DNA of 41,607 nt from a bacterium (GTDB taxonomy: Bacteria > Hinthialibacterota > Hinthialibacteria > Hinthialibacterales > Hinthialibacteraceae): contig CAXXSM010000060.1 of the NCBI GenBank assembly GCA_963663405.2, forward strand, positions 1 to 41,607, in the 5' to 3' direction. The position numbers and the translations under genes were made by a program. The notes below the pieces were generated by a model. It was not told where the DNA came from. It was given only the letters and a program-made list of their open reading frames with translations, and did not search any database. Positions 1-8,995 of this stretch are shown here, piece by piece (position 1 is the first letter of the stretch; the number at the start of each line of letters is the position of its first letter).

Positions 1-1
1 C

Positions 2-725
2 CGGATGAACGTCGGATTGATCGGCACATTTCCGGCGACTGGCTCCACCTATTTTCCAACGTGGATGGAAATCATTCTATTCCACCATGCTCGTTTCAAT
101 GTCGATTTTGATCTTTAACGCCATTGTCCGCTATTTTCCTGTCTTTGGTGACAATCAAGATTCTCATAACTATACAAAAACGATTAGTCCTGAGGAAGAA
201 AATCCCTCCTTGGCGATGCCCAGCCAATGGGGATTCCAATCTCTGCATCGAACCTCATTGATCGTTGTAATCGGCGTCGCCATGACCGCCGGCATCCTCC
301 CCAGTGTCGCAGTGCAAGGCCGCCGGATCATGGCTTCACCGGTCAAACCGTCCATCGACCGGACTTTTTTCACAAACGAAGGAGAATACATCTATAAAGA
401 AGCGCCAGCGGTCTTCACGTTGAATGGGGATGGCGCAGGGAAAGATGTGAAAGATTTCCCCCATCAACAGTTGATCGATCTGCTTGGCGGTGATGAGTCC
501 TGCGCGAAATGCCACTGTGGCGAGGCGCAGGGGATTGCGATTCAATCTAAAAAAGATTACCGGGCCTGCGCCTTATGCCACAATGATATGTACAAACTGC
601 ACCCAAAAACCAAAGCCATTGGTTTAAAAGAAGCCTATCATTCCCGCTGTATCCAATGTCACGATCAAGAAGGAGTCACACGTGGAAAACCGAATATGAG
701 TGAGTGCATCTACTGTCACCGGTAG
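2..725 (+). CDS. 3' part of an NrfD/HybB/HmcC-type membrane subunit fused to a C-terminal tetraheme (class III-like) cytochrome c; 5'-truncated by the window, one frameshift near 73-86
   Basis: Frame 2 from base 2 reads RMNVGLIGTFPATGSTYFPTWMEII, which resembles the NrfD C-terminal Y.P...E motif. Frame 3 continues STMLVSMSILIFNAIVRYFPVF, then a further hydrophobic helix and four CxxCH motifs (CAKCH, CALCH, CIQCH, CIYCH). Confidence 0.7.
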
Positions 726-742
726 AGAAAGGGAGTAATTCC

Positions 743-1501
743 GTGATTTCACCCGCTCCGTATTTGTCATACGAACGTCCCGCGCAAAATGGACGAACCG
801 AAGCGCAACAAGAGAGACTGGCCTGTTTGGGGCAAACCATCGCGGGGATCGCCCATAGCATTAAAAACATGCTGGGGATGATCAAAGCCGGGGAGTACTT
901 GGTTGAGAGCGGTTTGCGTCAAAGCGATCTGACGCGGATTGCGGATGGATGGGGAATGGTGAAAGAGGGCAATGGTTACATTTCCGATCTTGTCATCAAA
1001 ATGTTAGCCCTCTCTCGCGACACTCAACCGAAATATGAGGAAATTGCTCTACAGGAAATTGCAAATTCCGTTGTCGCAGTTTTACTGATTAAAGCGAAGG
1101 ATAAGAACGCAGATCTCCATGTTCAGATCGAACCTCCCGATCTTATAGGAATAGTAGACGTCGCCTGCATGCGGGAAGCGTGGCTCAACATAGCGGACAA
1201 CGCGGTAGACGCTTGTCCTGCGGATACAGGGGAAGTCATAATCGGAGCCAGCGCTGATAAAGACGGTTGGTTGAATATCTATACACAAGACAACGGACCT
1301 GGAATTCCGCTGGATGTCCAAGAAAAACTCTTTCATCCCTTTTTCACAACAAAAGGTCAAAAAGGAACCGGTTTGGGATTGGCAGTATCGCAAAAAATTG
1401 TCCACGAGCATCATGGAACAATATACATTGACACTACAGTAAAAAAAGGAACACGAATTGTGATGCGACTGCCCCATCACATACTAACAAAGACAGAATA
1501 A
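743..1501 (+). CDS. Cytoplasmic histidine kinase (HisKA + HATPase only, no sensor domain)
   Basis: H-box GIAHSIKN, N-box NIADNAVDA, G1 DNGPGIP, F-box LFHPFFTTK, G2 GTGLGLA. GTG at 743 has GGGAG at 731-735 upstream. Confidence 0.9.
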   Translation: MISPAPYLSYERPAQNGRTEAQQERLACLGQTIAGIAHSIKNMLGMIKAGEYLVESGLRQSDLTRIADGWGMVKEGNGYISDLVIKMLALSRDTQPKYEEIALQEIANSVVAVLLIKAKDKNADLHVQIEPPDLIGIVDVACMREAWLNIADNAVDACPADTGEVIIGASADKDGWLNIYTQDNGPGIPLDVQEKLFHPFFTTKGQKGTGLGLAVSQKIVHEHHGTIYIDTTVKKGTRIVMRLPHHILTKTE

Positions 1502-1564
1502 GTTCATTGAATAATATGCGCAGTGAGACAGAAGACCATCAAAAAAAGACAAAGGATAAAAACC

Positions 1565-2026
1565 ATGTGTCCTACAACCGTATTAGAAAAACCAACAATC
1601 AATACTTCCATCCAAGCGAATCAGACAAAAAAAATATTAGTAGTAGAGGATAGCCCTAAATACTCGTTGTTCCTTAAAACTGTGTTTGAAGATCATGGTT
1701 TCCAGGTCTCCGCCGCTCTCTCGGCGGAGGAAGCGCTGCAATTCGTATCTAATGAGACGCCCGATCTCATTACCTTGGATCTCCTTATGCCTGGTAAAAC
1801 AGGGATCAAACTGTATCGCGAATTACGAAAACAGAGCAATTTAGCCAACACACGTATTGTAATCCTCACCGGAGTTGATACGGACAGTGACGGTTTATGC
1901 AGTTTTGATGAATTCTTTCAGCGCGTTTCACGGGGAGGACACGTTCCCAAACCAGACGCGTACTTGACAAAACCGATTGAAGCGGAAGAACTTATAAGTT
2001 CCGTACAACAAGCGATGAATTCATAA
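1565..2026 (+). CDS. Single-domain response regulator (receiver only)
   Basis: KILVVEDS, PDLITLDLLMPGKTG (phosphoacceptor Asp), YLTKP; no output domain. ATG at 1565 follows AAGGA; the ORF track starts at GTG 1523. Confidence 0.9.
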   Translation: MCPTTVLEKPTINTSIQANQTKKILVVEDSPKYSLFLKTVFEDHGFQVSAALSAEEALQFVSNETPDLITLDLLMPGKTGIKLYRELRKQSNLANTRIVILTGVDTDSDGLCSFDEFFQRVSRGGHVPKPDAYLTKPIEAEELISSVQQAMNS

Positions 2027-2095
2027 ATGACGAAATGTATCTGAATTGAATAAGTCATAATTTTCGGTTAGTACTACAATATAGGTCTAAACACA

Positions 2096-2953
2096 ATGTT
2101 ACAACAAGCAAAAGCAAGAAATATTGATGAAGAGAAACAAAAGAGAGATGAAGAGAGACTTTCCCGGCGAATGCAAGAGATTAATTACAAAATACTTGTC
2201 ATCTCCGGAAAAGGTGGTGTAGGTAAAAGCACTGTCGCGGTAAATCTTGCGGCGGCGTTATCGGCGATGGAGAAGAAGGCGGGGCTGTTGGATGTGGACA
2301 TTCATGGACCCAGTGTACCTACGTTATTGGGATTGCAGGGATGCCGGTTTGAATTTGAGGGGAATGAAATCCTTCCTGTGACGGTATCGGATACATTAAA
2401 AGTCGTCTCAATCGGTTTTTTGCTCGATAAAAAGACCGACGCCGTCATCTGGCGGGGACCCCGAAAATTCCATATGATCAAGCAGTTTTTGACCGATGTG
2501 AATTGGGGATCGTTAGATTATCTAGTCGTCGATTCCCCTCCTGGCACCGGCGATGAACCGATGGCGGTCGCACAATTGGCCGGAGCTCCTTCTGGAGCTG
2601 TGATTGTTACTACGCCACAAGATGTGGCGATTCATGATGTCCGGCGCTGCGTCACCTTCTGCCATACACTATCTATTCCTGTGTTAGGCATTGTCGAAAA
2701 TATGAGTGGATTAGTCTGTCCCCATTGCGGGGAAACGATCGATCTCTTCAAATCCGGCGGAGGCGAGGCTTTAGCGGAGGAAATGAATGTTCCATTCCTC
2801 GGCAAGATCCCAATCGAACCAGAAATTGTACGGGTGGGAGATAATGGATTATCGTATGGTGAACATAAAACCGATCATCCTGCGGCGAATCATTTTAAAC
2901 CAATCGCACAACAGATTATTTCCACGAGTATGAACACAGCGATTGAGAGTTGA
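2096..2953 (+). CDS. mrp: Mrp/NBP35 (ApbC) Fe-S cluster carrier ATPase
   Basis: SGKGGVGKST deviant Walker A, DVDIHGPS, VIWRGP, DSPPGTGD, VTTPQ, ENMS..CPHC. Confidence 0.95.
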   Translation: MLQQAKARNIDEEKQKRDEERLSRRMQEINYKILVISGKGGVGKSTVAVNLAAALSAMEKKAGLLDVDIHGPSVPTLLGLQGCRFEFEGNEILPVTVSDTLKVVSIGFLLDKKTDAVIWRGPRKFHMIKQFLTDVNWGSLDYLVVDSPPGTGDEPMAVAQLAGAPSGAVIVTTPQDVAIHDVRRCVTFCHTLSIPVLGIVENMSGLVCPHCGETIDLFKSGGGEALAEEMNVPFLGKIPIEPEIVRVGDNGLSYGEHKTDHPAANHFKPIAQQIISTSMNTAIES

Positions 2954-3054
2954 TTCTTTCTCCCTTTCCCAATGGATCGAATCGTGTTGAGATATACTAG
3001 GGAATACAATCCACCGATTGTTCCATATTTATAGCAAGAGAGGGAAAGGATATC

Positions 3055-3705
3055 ATGCATAAAATAAACACAATTAAAATATTTTCTGTATTTATTTCAC
3101 TGATAGTAACCAGCGTTGTATTCGTCTCTCTTTTTCAACAAAGTTATGCGGAAACGGGAAATGTTCAATCCAAAGAAAAGGTAGAATCTCAGAATCAATC
3201 TATAAGCGATAAAGAAAATGGAGATGATAAGAATTCACCTATGAGCGATTCAAAACAAACTTTCTCCTTCAAACCGATTGGCCTCTTTCACTCTCCATAC
3301 AATTCCATGCGCCGCCCACCCCGGCAAGGCCGCTTGGCGCCGGATGTGTCCGCACAAATTGAGATTTATGAAGAATTTCAGGAAGGATTGGAAGGCATCG
3401 AGGATTTTGATTATATCTATGTCCTATTTGTTTTCGATCGCAGCCGGAGTTGGACATCGAAAGTGACGCCTCCTGGCGCAACGCAGAGCCGGGGAGTCTT
3501 TTCCACTCGCTCACCCAACCGGCCGTGCCCCATTGGATTAACCGTCGTCCGGTTGGAGAAACGTGAAGGCTGTTTTTTACATGTGAAAGGAATCGACGCG
3601 TTCGATCAAACACCGGTTCTCGATATTAAGCCTTATATCAATAGCATTGATTCATTTCCCGATGCGGGGAAGGCAGTTGAAAAAAAATTGGGACTGCAAC
3701 GATGA
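3055..3705 (+). CDS. tsaA: TsaA/TrmO (YaeB/AF0241-like) SAM-binding protein with an N-terminal signal peptide and linker
   Basis: KPIG, PRQG, GVFSTRSPNRPCPIGLT, GIDAFDQTPVLDIKPY motifs. The first 32 aa look like a Sec signal (hydrophobic core, SYA/ET). GGAAAGGA lies just upstream of ATG 3055. Confidence 0.85.
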   Translation: MHKINTIKIFSVFISLIVTSVVFVSLFQQSYAETGNVQSKEKVESQNQSISDKENGDDKNSPMSDSKQTFSFKPIGLFHSPYNSMRRPPRQGRLAPDVSAQIEIYEEFQEGLEGIEDFDYIYVLFVFDRSRSWTSKVTPPGATQSRGVFSTRSPNRPCPIGLTVVRLEKREGCFLHVKGIDAFDQTPVLDIKPYINSIDSFPDAGKAVEKKLGLQR

Positions 3706-3760
3706 CGCCTCCCATGTCAGTGGAGCCTGCTTGATATAAGCGACGCATATGGAGTAAAAA

Positions 3761-4018
3761 ATGCCTACGTATGAATATGAATGCAATCACTGTGGTCATC
3801 AATTTGAATGTTTTCAGAACATGACGGATGAGCCTTTGAACACGTGCCCACAATGCGGAGGGCCCATCAAACGGGCAATCGGCGCTGGTGGAGGATTTAT
3901 ATTCAAAGGATCCGGTTTTCATAGTACAGATTATCGGCAGTCCTCCTCATGTTGTAATCGTGAATCTCCCTGCTGTGGCCGGGAAACGCCCTGTGAAACA
4001 CGCCCGTGTAATGAATAA
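3761..4018 (+). CDS. FmdB-family zinc ribbon protein with a Cys-rich tail
   Basis: MPTYEYECNHCGHQFE...CPQCGG...FKGSGFHSTDY; GGAG at 3751-3754. Confidence 0.9.
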   Translation: MPTYEYECNHCGHQFECFQNMTDEPLNTCPQCGGPIKRAIGAGGGFIFKGSGFHSTDYRQSSSCCNRESPCCGRETPCETRPCNE

Positions 4019-4043
4019 TAATTTAAAAAAGAAGTCGTATATC

Positions 4044-5003
4044 ATGGAAAATCAATCAAACCAATATGTTTTCGGTCCCGTACCGTCGAGACGGTTGGGA
4101 CGATCCCTCGGCGTCGATCTGGTTCCATACAAAACTTGTACGTATGATTGTATCTATTGCCAATTAGGCCGGACGACATGTAAAACAGAGACACGAAAGG
4201 AATGGGCGCCGCTGGAAACAGTGACGCAAGAAATACAAACCAAACTGGATAGCAAACCGGATTATATAACATTGAGTGGCTCCGGAGAACCTACCCTTTA
4301 TTCACGAATCGGTGAACTCATCGACCGGATCCGAAGCATGACCAATATTCCTATCGCTGTATTGACAAACGGATCGCTGCTATGGCAAGAAGAAGTACGT
4401 CATCAATTACAACAGGCAGATTTAGTCCTTCCTTCATTGGACGCGGGGGACGAAACAATGTTTAAACTCGTTAATCGTCCTCTCGATACAATGACTCATG
4501 AAAAAATGCTTGAAGGATTGATTGCGTTCCGGAAAGAGTTTAAGGGACAATTCTGGCTTGAGATTGTGTTGCTCGCCGGTCATACAGCCATAGAACCGGA
4601 GTTGTTAAAATTGAAAGCGTGCGTAGAACGAATCCAACCGGATCGTGTGCAATTAAACACGGTGACACGTCCACCCACCGAGTATTTTGCCGACGCGGTT
4701 TCCTCTACCCGCTTAAAACAAATCGCCGCGTTGTTTGATTCCCCCACGGAAGTGATCGCCGATTTCAGCAATATTCACCAACAAAAGGAATTTATAATCA
4801 GTCGAAAAGATATTATGAATCTCCTCCAACGGCGACCTTGCACATTGGATGATATTGTGAATGGCCTTGGCATGAATCGCTCCGAGACAATCAAACATAT
4901 CGAATTTCTAGTCAAAGAAAACTACATCGTTCATGCCTTTACAAATGGTAAGATTTACTATAAAACCGTAAACCAAATTTTACTGTCCAAACCTCAATCC
5001 TAA
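4044..5003 (+). CDS. Radical SAM protein (Tyw1-like Fe-S oxidoreductase family) with a C-terminal winged helix
   Basis: FGPVPSRRLGRSLGVD, CTYDCIYC (CxxxCxxC), SGSGEPTL, TNGSLL, RRPCT. ATG 4044 chosen because the longer ORF overlaps the FmdB gene. Confidence 0.9.
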   Translation: MENQSNQYVFGPVPSRRLGRSLGVDLVPYKTCTYDCIYCQLGRTTCKTETRKEWAPLETVTQEIQTKLDSKPDYITLSGSGEPTLYSRIGELIDRIRSMTNIPIAVLTNGSLLWQEEVRHQLQQADLVLPSLDAGDETMFKLVNRPLDTMTHEKMLEGLIAFRKEFKGQFWLEIVLLAGHTAIEPELLKLKACVERIQPDRVQLNTVTRPPTEYFADAVSSTRLKQIAALFDSPTEVIADFSNIHQQKEFIISRKDIMNLLQRRPCTLDDIVNGLGMNRSETIKHIEFLVKENYIVHAFTNGKIYYKTVNQILLSKPQS

Positions 5004-5065
5004 AGAATAGTGTACTGAAACGATTTGTAAATCAATCCTCGACATTACAACGAGTCAAAGTAGAA

Positions 5066-5098
5066 ACGGCCCCTAGTAAGCAGGGGCCGTCGTGTTTT
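5066..5098. terminator. Probable bidirectional intrinsic terminator
   Basis: 9-bp stem ACGGCCCCT / AGGGGCCGT with a 7-nt loop between convergent genes, with short T tracts on both strands. Confidence 0.75.
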
Positions 5099-5132
5099 AA
5101 ATTGATTGATTATGAAAACCAGTTGATCGAGA

Positions 5133-6464
5133 CTAAAGGCTCCATCCTTCACGATAAGGAGGACTGATTGTCGCGTCGGTCGAGTACGTCATGCTTTTAC
5201 TGTCCCACGTCACTTTCCCGTTGACATAAAGCGCTAAGTTACCCAGGAGAATCCATTCGGTCATCGGTCCAGCATAGCTGAAGTTTCCTGGGGAAGGGGC
5301 GCCGCCTTTGCAGGCTTGAATCCATTCTTCATAATGCCCGATGGAACGTGGGATCGTTTTGTCCGGCATTACGAAATCATCCATGGCGGATTTCGGCAGC
5401 AAACGTGTGCCGCCGCCGTAGGTGCCTGTCGTGGCGATACCATTATCACCGATAAAGATCGATCCGTTCCGTCCGTCGCTGTCACCCAATGGTTCATCTT
5501 CAGGCACGCCTTCGGGCCGTGGCGGCATGATACCACCATCGTACCAGTAGAGAGTCAAGGGCGGCATTTTACCCCGTTTGGGGAACTCAAATTTGAGGAT
5601 CGCTTTGGTTGGATACGTCTGGGTGTTGCGCTTTTCTTGAGAAATGCATTCAATGCTGGTCGGAGCCACCGTGCTGAGATGCATCGACCAGTTGGGTGGA
5701 TCGAGAATATGACAAGCCATATCACCGAGTGAACCGGTGCCGAAGTCCCACCATCCACGCCAATTAAAGGGCGCATAGCCGGAATTGAACGGTCGATAGG
5801 GCGCGGGGCCAAGCCAGAGATCCCAATCGATCTCTTCCGGGATTTCCTCTTCAGGAAGCGGTTCAGAAATTCCCTGTGGCCAGATGGGCCGGTTGGTCCA
5901 GGAGTGGATTTCATGCACATCACCAATGGCGCCGGACCAAATGATTTCGCATAACTGGCGAACGCCTTCGCCGGAGTGGCCCTGGTTCCCCATTTGCGTC
6001 GCAACACCATACTCTTCCGCCGCTTCGGCTAACATGCGAGCTTCGTAGACACTGTGTGTAAGGGGTTTTTGACAATAGACGTGAATCCCGCGCTTGATCG
6101 CCGCCATCGCCGCAACAGCGTGGATATGGTCCGGAGTCGACACGGTGACCGCGTCGATACTTTTCTCTTTATCCAACATCACGCGGAAGTCTTTGTATTT
6201 ATTGGCGTTCGGAAACTCGCGGAACGAACCGGCGCCCCGTCTCCAATCCGCGTCGCAAAGCGCGACGATGTTTTCACTCTTACAGCCTTGGATATCCGAT
6301 CCACCTTTCCCCCCACAGCCGATCCCTGCGACATTTAATTTCTCGTTGGGCGATTTATAGCCCGCGCGAGAGAGAGATGGCTGCCGGGTTGTCGCGCATC
6401 CCACGAGCGTCGTGGCGGCGGCGCCCATTAGAAAAATACGGCGATTGCATTGTTTCTCACTCAT
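5133..6464 (-). CDS. Tat-exported Gfo/Idh/MocA family oxidoreductase
   Basis: NRRIFL twin-arginine motif followed by LVGC (possible lipobox), GIGCGGKG Rossmann motif, STPDHIH, HVYCQKPL, GDMACH. GAAGGGG precedes ATG 6464. Confidence 0.92.
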   Translation of the reverse strand: MSEKQCNRRIFLMGAAATTLVGCATTRQPSLSRAGYKSPNEKLNVAGIGCGGKGGSDIQGCKSENIVALCDADWRRGAGSFREFPNANKYKDFRVMLDKEKSIDAVTVSTPDHIHAVAAMAAIKRGIHVYCQKPLTHSVYEARMLAEAAEEYGVATQMGNQGHSGEGVRQLCEIIWSGAIGDVHEIHSWTNRPIWPQGISEPLPEEEIPEEIDWDLWLGPAPYRPFNSGYAPFNWRGWWDFGTGSLGDMACHILDPPNWSMHLSTVAPTSIECISQEKRNTQTYPTKAILKFEFPKRGKMPPLTLYWYDGGIMPPRPEGVPEDEPLGDSDGRNGSIFIGDNGIATTGTYGGGTRLLPKSAMDDFVMPDKTIPRSIGHYEEWIQACKGGAPSPGNFSYAGPMTEWILLGNLALYVNGKVTWDSKSMTYSTDATISPPYREGWSL

Positions 6465-7078
6465 TGTATTCCCCTTCTTTCGTAGAATCGTATTAATACT
6501 ATATTCAGATATGTTAAACTTCTTTAATATTGTTCGCAACCCGTCTAGAGTCATTGGATTTATTTTTCAGATTTAGGCGATCTGTTTTTCAATTTCGGGA
6601 GGCTAATGGAAAGAGTTAATCCTTTTTGGGCAACTTCGTTTTCCATTACCTATCGGATATCTTTGTTAACCAATATTCATGCAAGACCCAGCAACAATCT
6701 ATACACTCACATAAAAATCATTCCAAATTGATTCAGAATATTCATATTTTTTCATATAATAGGGAAAAAGAGATGGGCTTTTCTTGATAATATCCGAATC
6801 TGGAAATCGATATTTATGATATAATTAATGCGTTGAGCGTCATACAGGATTAAGCGGAAACAATGCTTCGTTTTGTTATAAACTTCAAGATGCTGGTGAT
6901 GAGTGTATTTTTATGTACGAAACATGGATCGGCCAGAAAGACGTTACGTCAAACTACGAAAAAGTCAGCAATTTGATGAGTTTCCACATTACATACAACA
7001 TGGCATAGGTATTGAATGAATTTCCATACAGATAAAATTAGGTACTTAAATAAATACACTGCAAGGAAAAGCTCGATT

Positions 7079-7312
7079 ATGAGCACTTTAACAAATGATG
7101 TATTCAGGAAAGCGCTCGATCTAAAAGAAAACGATCGTGCCACTTTGGCTGGACTTTTAATCGAGAGCCTTGAAGAAAAACCCATTGAGGAAATTGAATC
7201 GGTTTGGAAAGCCGAAATATCAAGAAGGATTCAAGAATTAGATTCAGGAGAGGTTGAGACTCTCTCTTGGGAAGAGGTAAAAACGCGGTTGATGAAAAGT
7301 AATAATGGATAA
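7079..7312 (+). CDS. Putative addiction-module antitoxin (TIGR02574-type)
   Basis: AL.L...DRA.LA..LIESL...W..EI.RR..E..SG.V....WEEV pattern; overlaps the ParE-like gene that follows. Confidence 0.8.
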   Translation: MSTLTNDVFRKALDLKENDRATLAGLLIESLEEKPIEEIESVWKAEISRRIQELDSGEVETLSWEEVKTRLMKSNNG

Positions 7313-7439
7313 AAGGATAATCGAATTTCATCCGGATGCGTCGGATGAGGCTGAAGCTGCTAAGAACTGGTATACTGAACGCAGCTTGGTAGCATCCAAA
7401 ACTTTTGTTTCTGAACTCGGTAACTGGAAGAAAATTTGA
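7305..7439 (+). pseudogene. Truncated RelE/ParE-family toxin (44 aa)
   Basis: My translation is MDKRIIEFHPDASDEAEAAKNWYTERSLVASKTFVSELGNWKKI*. It has the ParE N-terminal FHP.A..E...A..WY pattern and lacks the C-terminal half. Confidence 0.7.
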
Positions 7440-7450
7440 GGATAGTATCA

Positions 7451-7654
7451 ATGATTAATGATCCTATTGTAAATGAAGTCCGGAAAATACGAGATGAACT
7501 CGCAAAAAAATTCGATTATGATATTTATGATATTGATGTAATTTTTTTAAATCTTCGAGAGAAAAAAAGTAGATTTCATAATCGTAAAACGATTCTTAGA
7601 AAGTCAAGGAAAATAAAACAAATACATGACTTTCAGTGTTTAGATAAATTATAA
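7451..7654 (+). CDS. Small protein of the 'DPIVxEVRxxR' type, usually found next to PIN-domain toxins; orphan here
   Basis: MINDPIVNEVRKIRDELAKKFDYDI; GAGGA upstream of ATG 7451. Confidence 0.55.
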   Translation: MINDPIVNEVRKIRDELAKKFDYDIYDIDVIFLNLREKKSRFHNRKTILRKSRKIKQIHDFQCLDKL

Positions 7655-7666
7655 GGAGAAGACAGA

Positions 7667-7993
7667 TTGAGTGAGTTTGTTGAGCGTGTGCAAGATCTGA
7701 TAAAAAACGGTGAAGTAAGAATATCAGAACATGGATACAATGAACTCGCGGAAGATGATATAACGGTAAATGAAGTACTATCAGGCATACAGGAAGCGAC
7801 GATTATCGAAGAATACATGAGTTACCCGAAGGGACCGTGCGTGTTGCTCTTACAGAAAGATAAAAAGGACAAACCCATACATGTTGTGTGGGGGATTCCG
7901 AAGGGATATAACAAGCCAGTAATTCTTGTTACGGCATACCGGCCAGATCCGGAACGGTGGGATGATACATATTTAAAAAGGCGGCGCCAATGA
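7667..7993 (+). CDS. DUF4258-family putative toxin (RelE/BrnT-like fold)
   Basis: ISEHG, IIEEY..YPKGPCVL, PIHVVW, LVTAYRPDP.RW; AAGGAG precedes the TTG start. Confidence 0.8.
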   Translation: MSEFVERVQDLIKNGEVRISEHGYNELAEDDITVNEVLSGIQEATIIEEYMSYPKGPCVLLLQKDKKDKPIHVVWGIPKGYNKPVILVTAYRPDPERWDDTYLKRRRQ

Positions 7994-8202
7994 AGCGGCG
8001 AATGAAAAAAAAGTATATTTATGAAGGACGATATGTGGCGGAAATTGAAGTCTCGCTGATCGATGATGAAACTGGGTGGTCCCCCTACCTTAGTATAGAA
8101 GACGCCTGCAAATTGGATGATGCGAGAAGCGCGCTGCGTCAGGGGAATTTGGAATCAGCATCTAAATATGGCCGAATTTACGAACTTCATCCAGTCGCGT
8201 AA
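7990..8202 (+). CDS. Small conserved partner of DUF4258, putative antitoxin
   Basis: ATGA overlap with the toxin gene; EG.YVAE.EV.L....WSPYLS.EDA.KLD pattern. Confidence 0.65.
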   Translation: MKRRMKKKYIYEGRYVAEIEVSLIDDETGWSPYLSIEDACKLDDARSALRQGNLESASKYGRIYELHPVA

Positions 8203-8306
8203 TGACAATTACATTACTAAAATGCTCAGTCGCATAGGATATGAATCATTCAGCAAGTAAGTACTTTAAAAAAGTTGAATGAATCGGGATAGAGGATGAT
8301 ATTGTC

Positions 8307-8635
8307 ATGGCATTTCCTGATTATGAACAAATGGCTGACGCGCTCAACTATTATATCTATTTGAGGGTGGAGATTTATATGCATTACGCCCAAAGCAGGT
8401 CTACGAACCATTGGCTAATTTTTTCGGACTTAGTGAAAAAGAGCGAAAAACGCCCCGTGCGGATGGCCATACAGGTTCGGAATGGGAGAATCGCGTTCAG
8501 TGGACACGCCGGCGCCTAATTAACGAAGGTAAACTTGATGGACAAATTAGGGGTGTGTGGCGCTTTAGTGATGATGGAATCAATAAGGCATTAACTCTGA
8601 AACACCGATTCGGTAACTCAATGGACGATTTGTAG
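8307..8635 (+). pseudogene. Stand-alone Mrr N-terminal winged-helix domain, split by one frameshift near 8365
   Basis: Adding one G to the GGG run gives MAFPDYEQM...LRGGDLYALRPKQVYEPLANFFGLSEKER...WENRVQWTRRRLINEGKLD...RGVWRFSDDG, which matches the Mrr_N pattern. No nuclease domain follows. Confidence 0.7.
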
Positions 8636-8713
8636 AGAGAAAAGTTTTATAGTAATCGATGAAATCATTAAACACACATAAGGATCACCATCTATGAGTG
8701 GAAAAATGCTACA

Positions 8714-8995
8714 ATGAAAGTAACCATAAAATGGGATCCTATAAAAGCAAGTGATAATATCAAGAAACATAGGGTCAGTTTTGAGGAAGCTAGCACTGTT
8801 TTTGACGATTCATTTTTCATCACGTTTTTGGATGTAGAACACTCGTTCGATGAAGAACGATATATCACCCTTGGATATTCCAATAAGAATCAATTGTTAT
8901 TGGTAGCTCACACTGAGCATGAGGGAACAATCCGCATAATCAGCGCAAGAAAGGCTACGAAGAATGAACGGCGATTTTATGAAGAATCCGAATGA
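8714..8995 (+). CDS. brnT: BrnT-family toxin
   Basis: WDP.KA..N..KH.VSFEEA..VF.D, HS..EERY..LG, IRIISARKAT..ER..YE. Confidence 0.9.
   Translation: MKVTIKWDPIKASDNIKKHRVSFEEASTVFDDSFFITFLDVEHSFDEERYITLGYSNKNQLLLVAHTEHEGTIRIISARKATKNERRFYEESE

Noticed and set aside
3888-4043. N-terminal extension of the radical SAM ORF
   Set aside because: It overlaps the FmdB gene. The family motif begins just after ATG 4044.
6560-7070. Possible small RNA or gene remnant in the AT-rich intergenic region
   Set aside because: Only a short open stretch near 6850-7008 with no recognisable motif, start signal or stable structure, so I cannot support a call.
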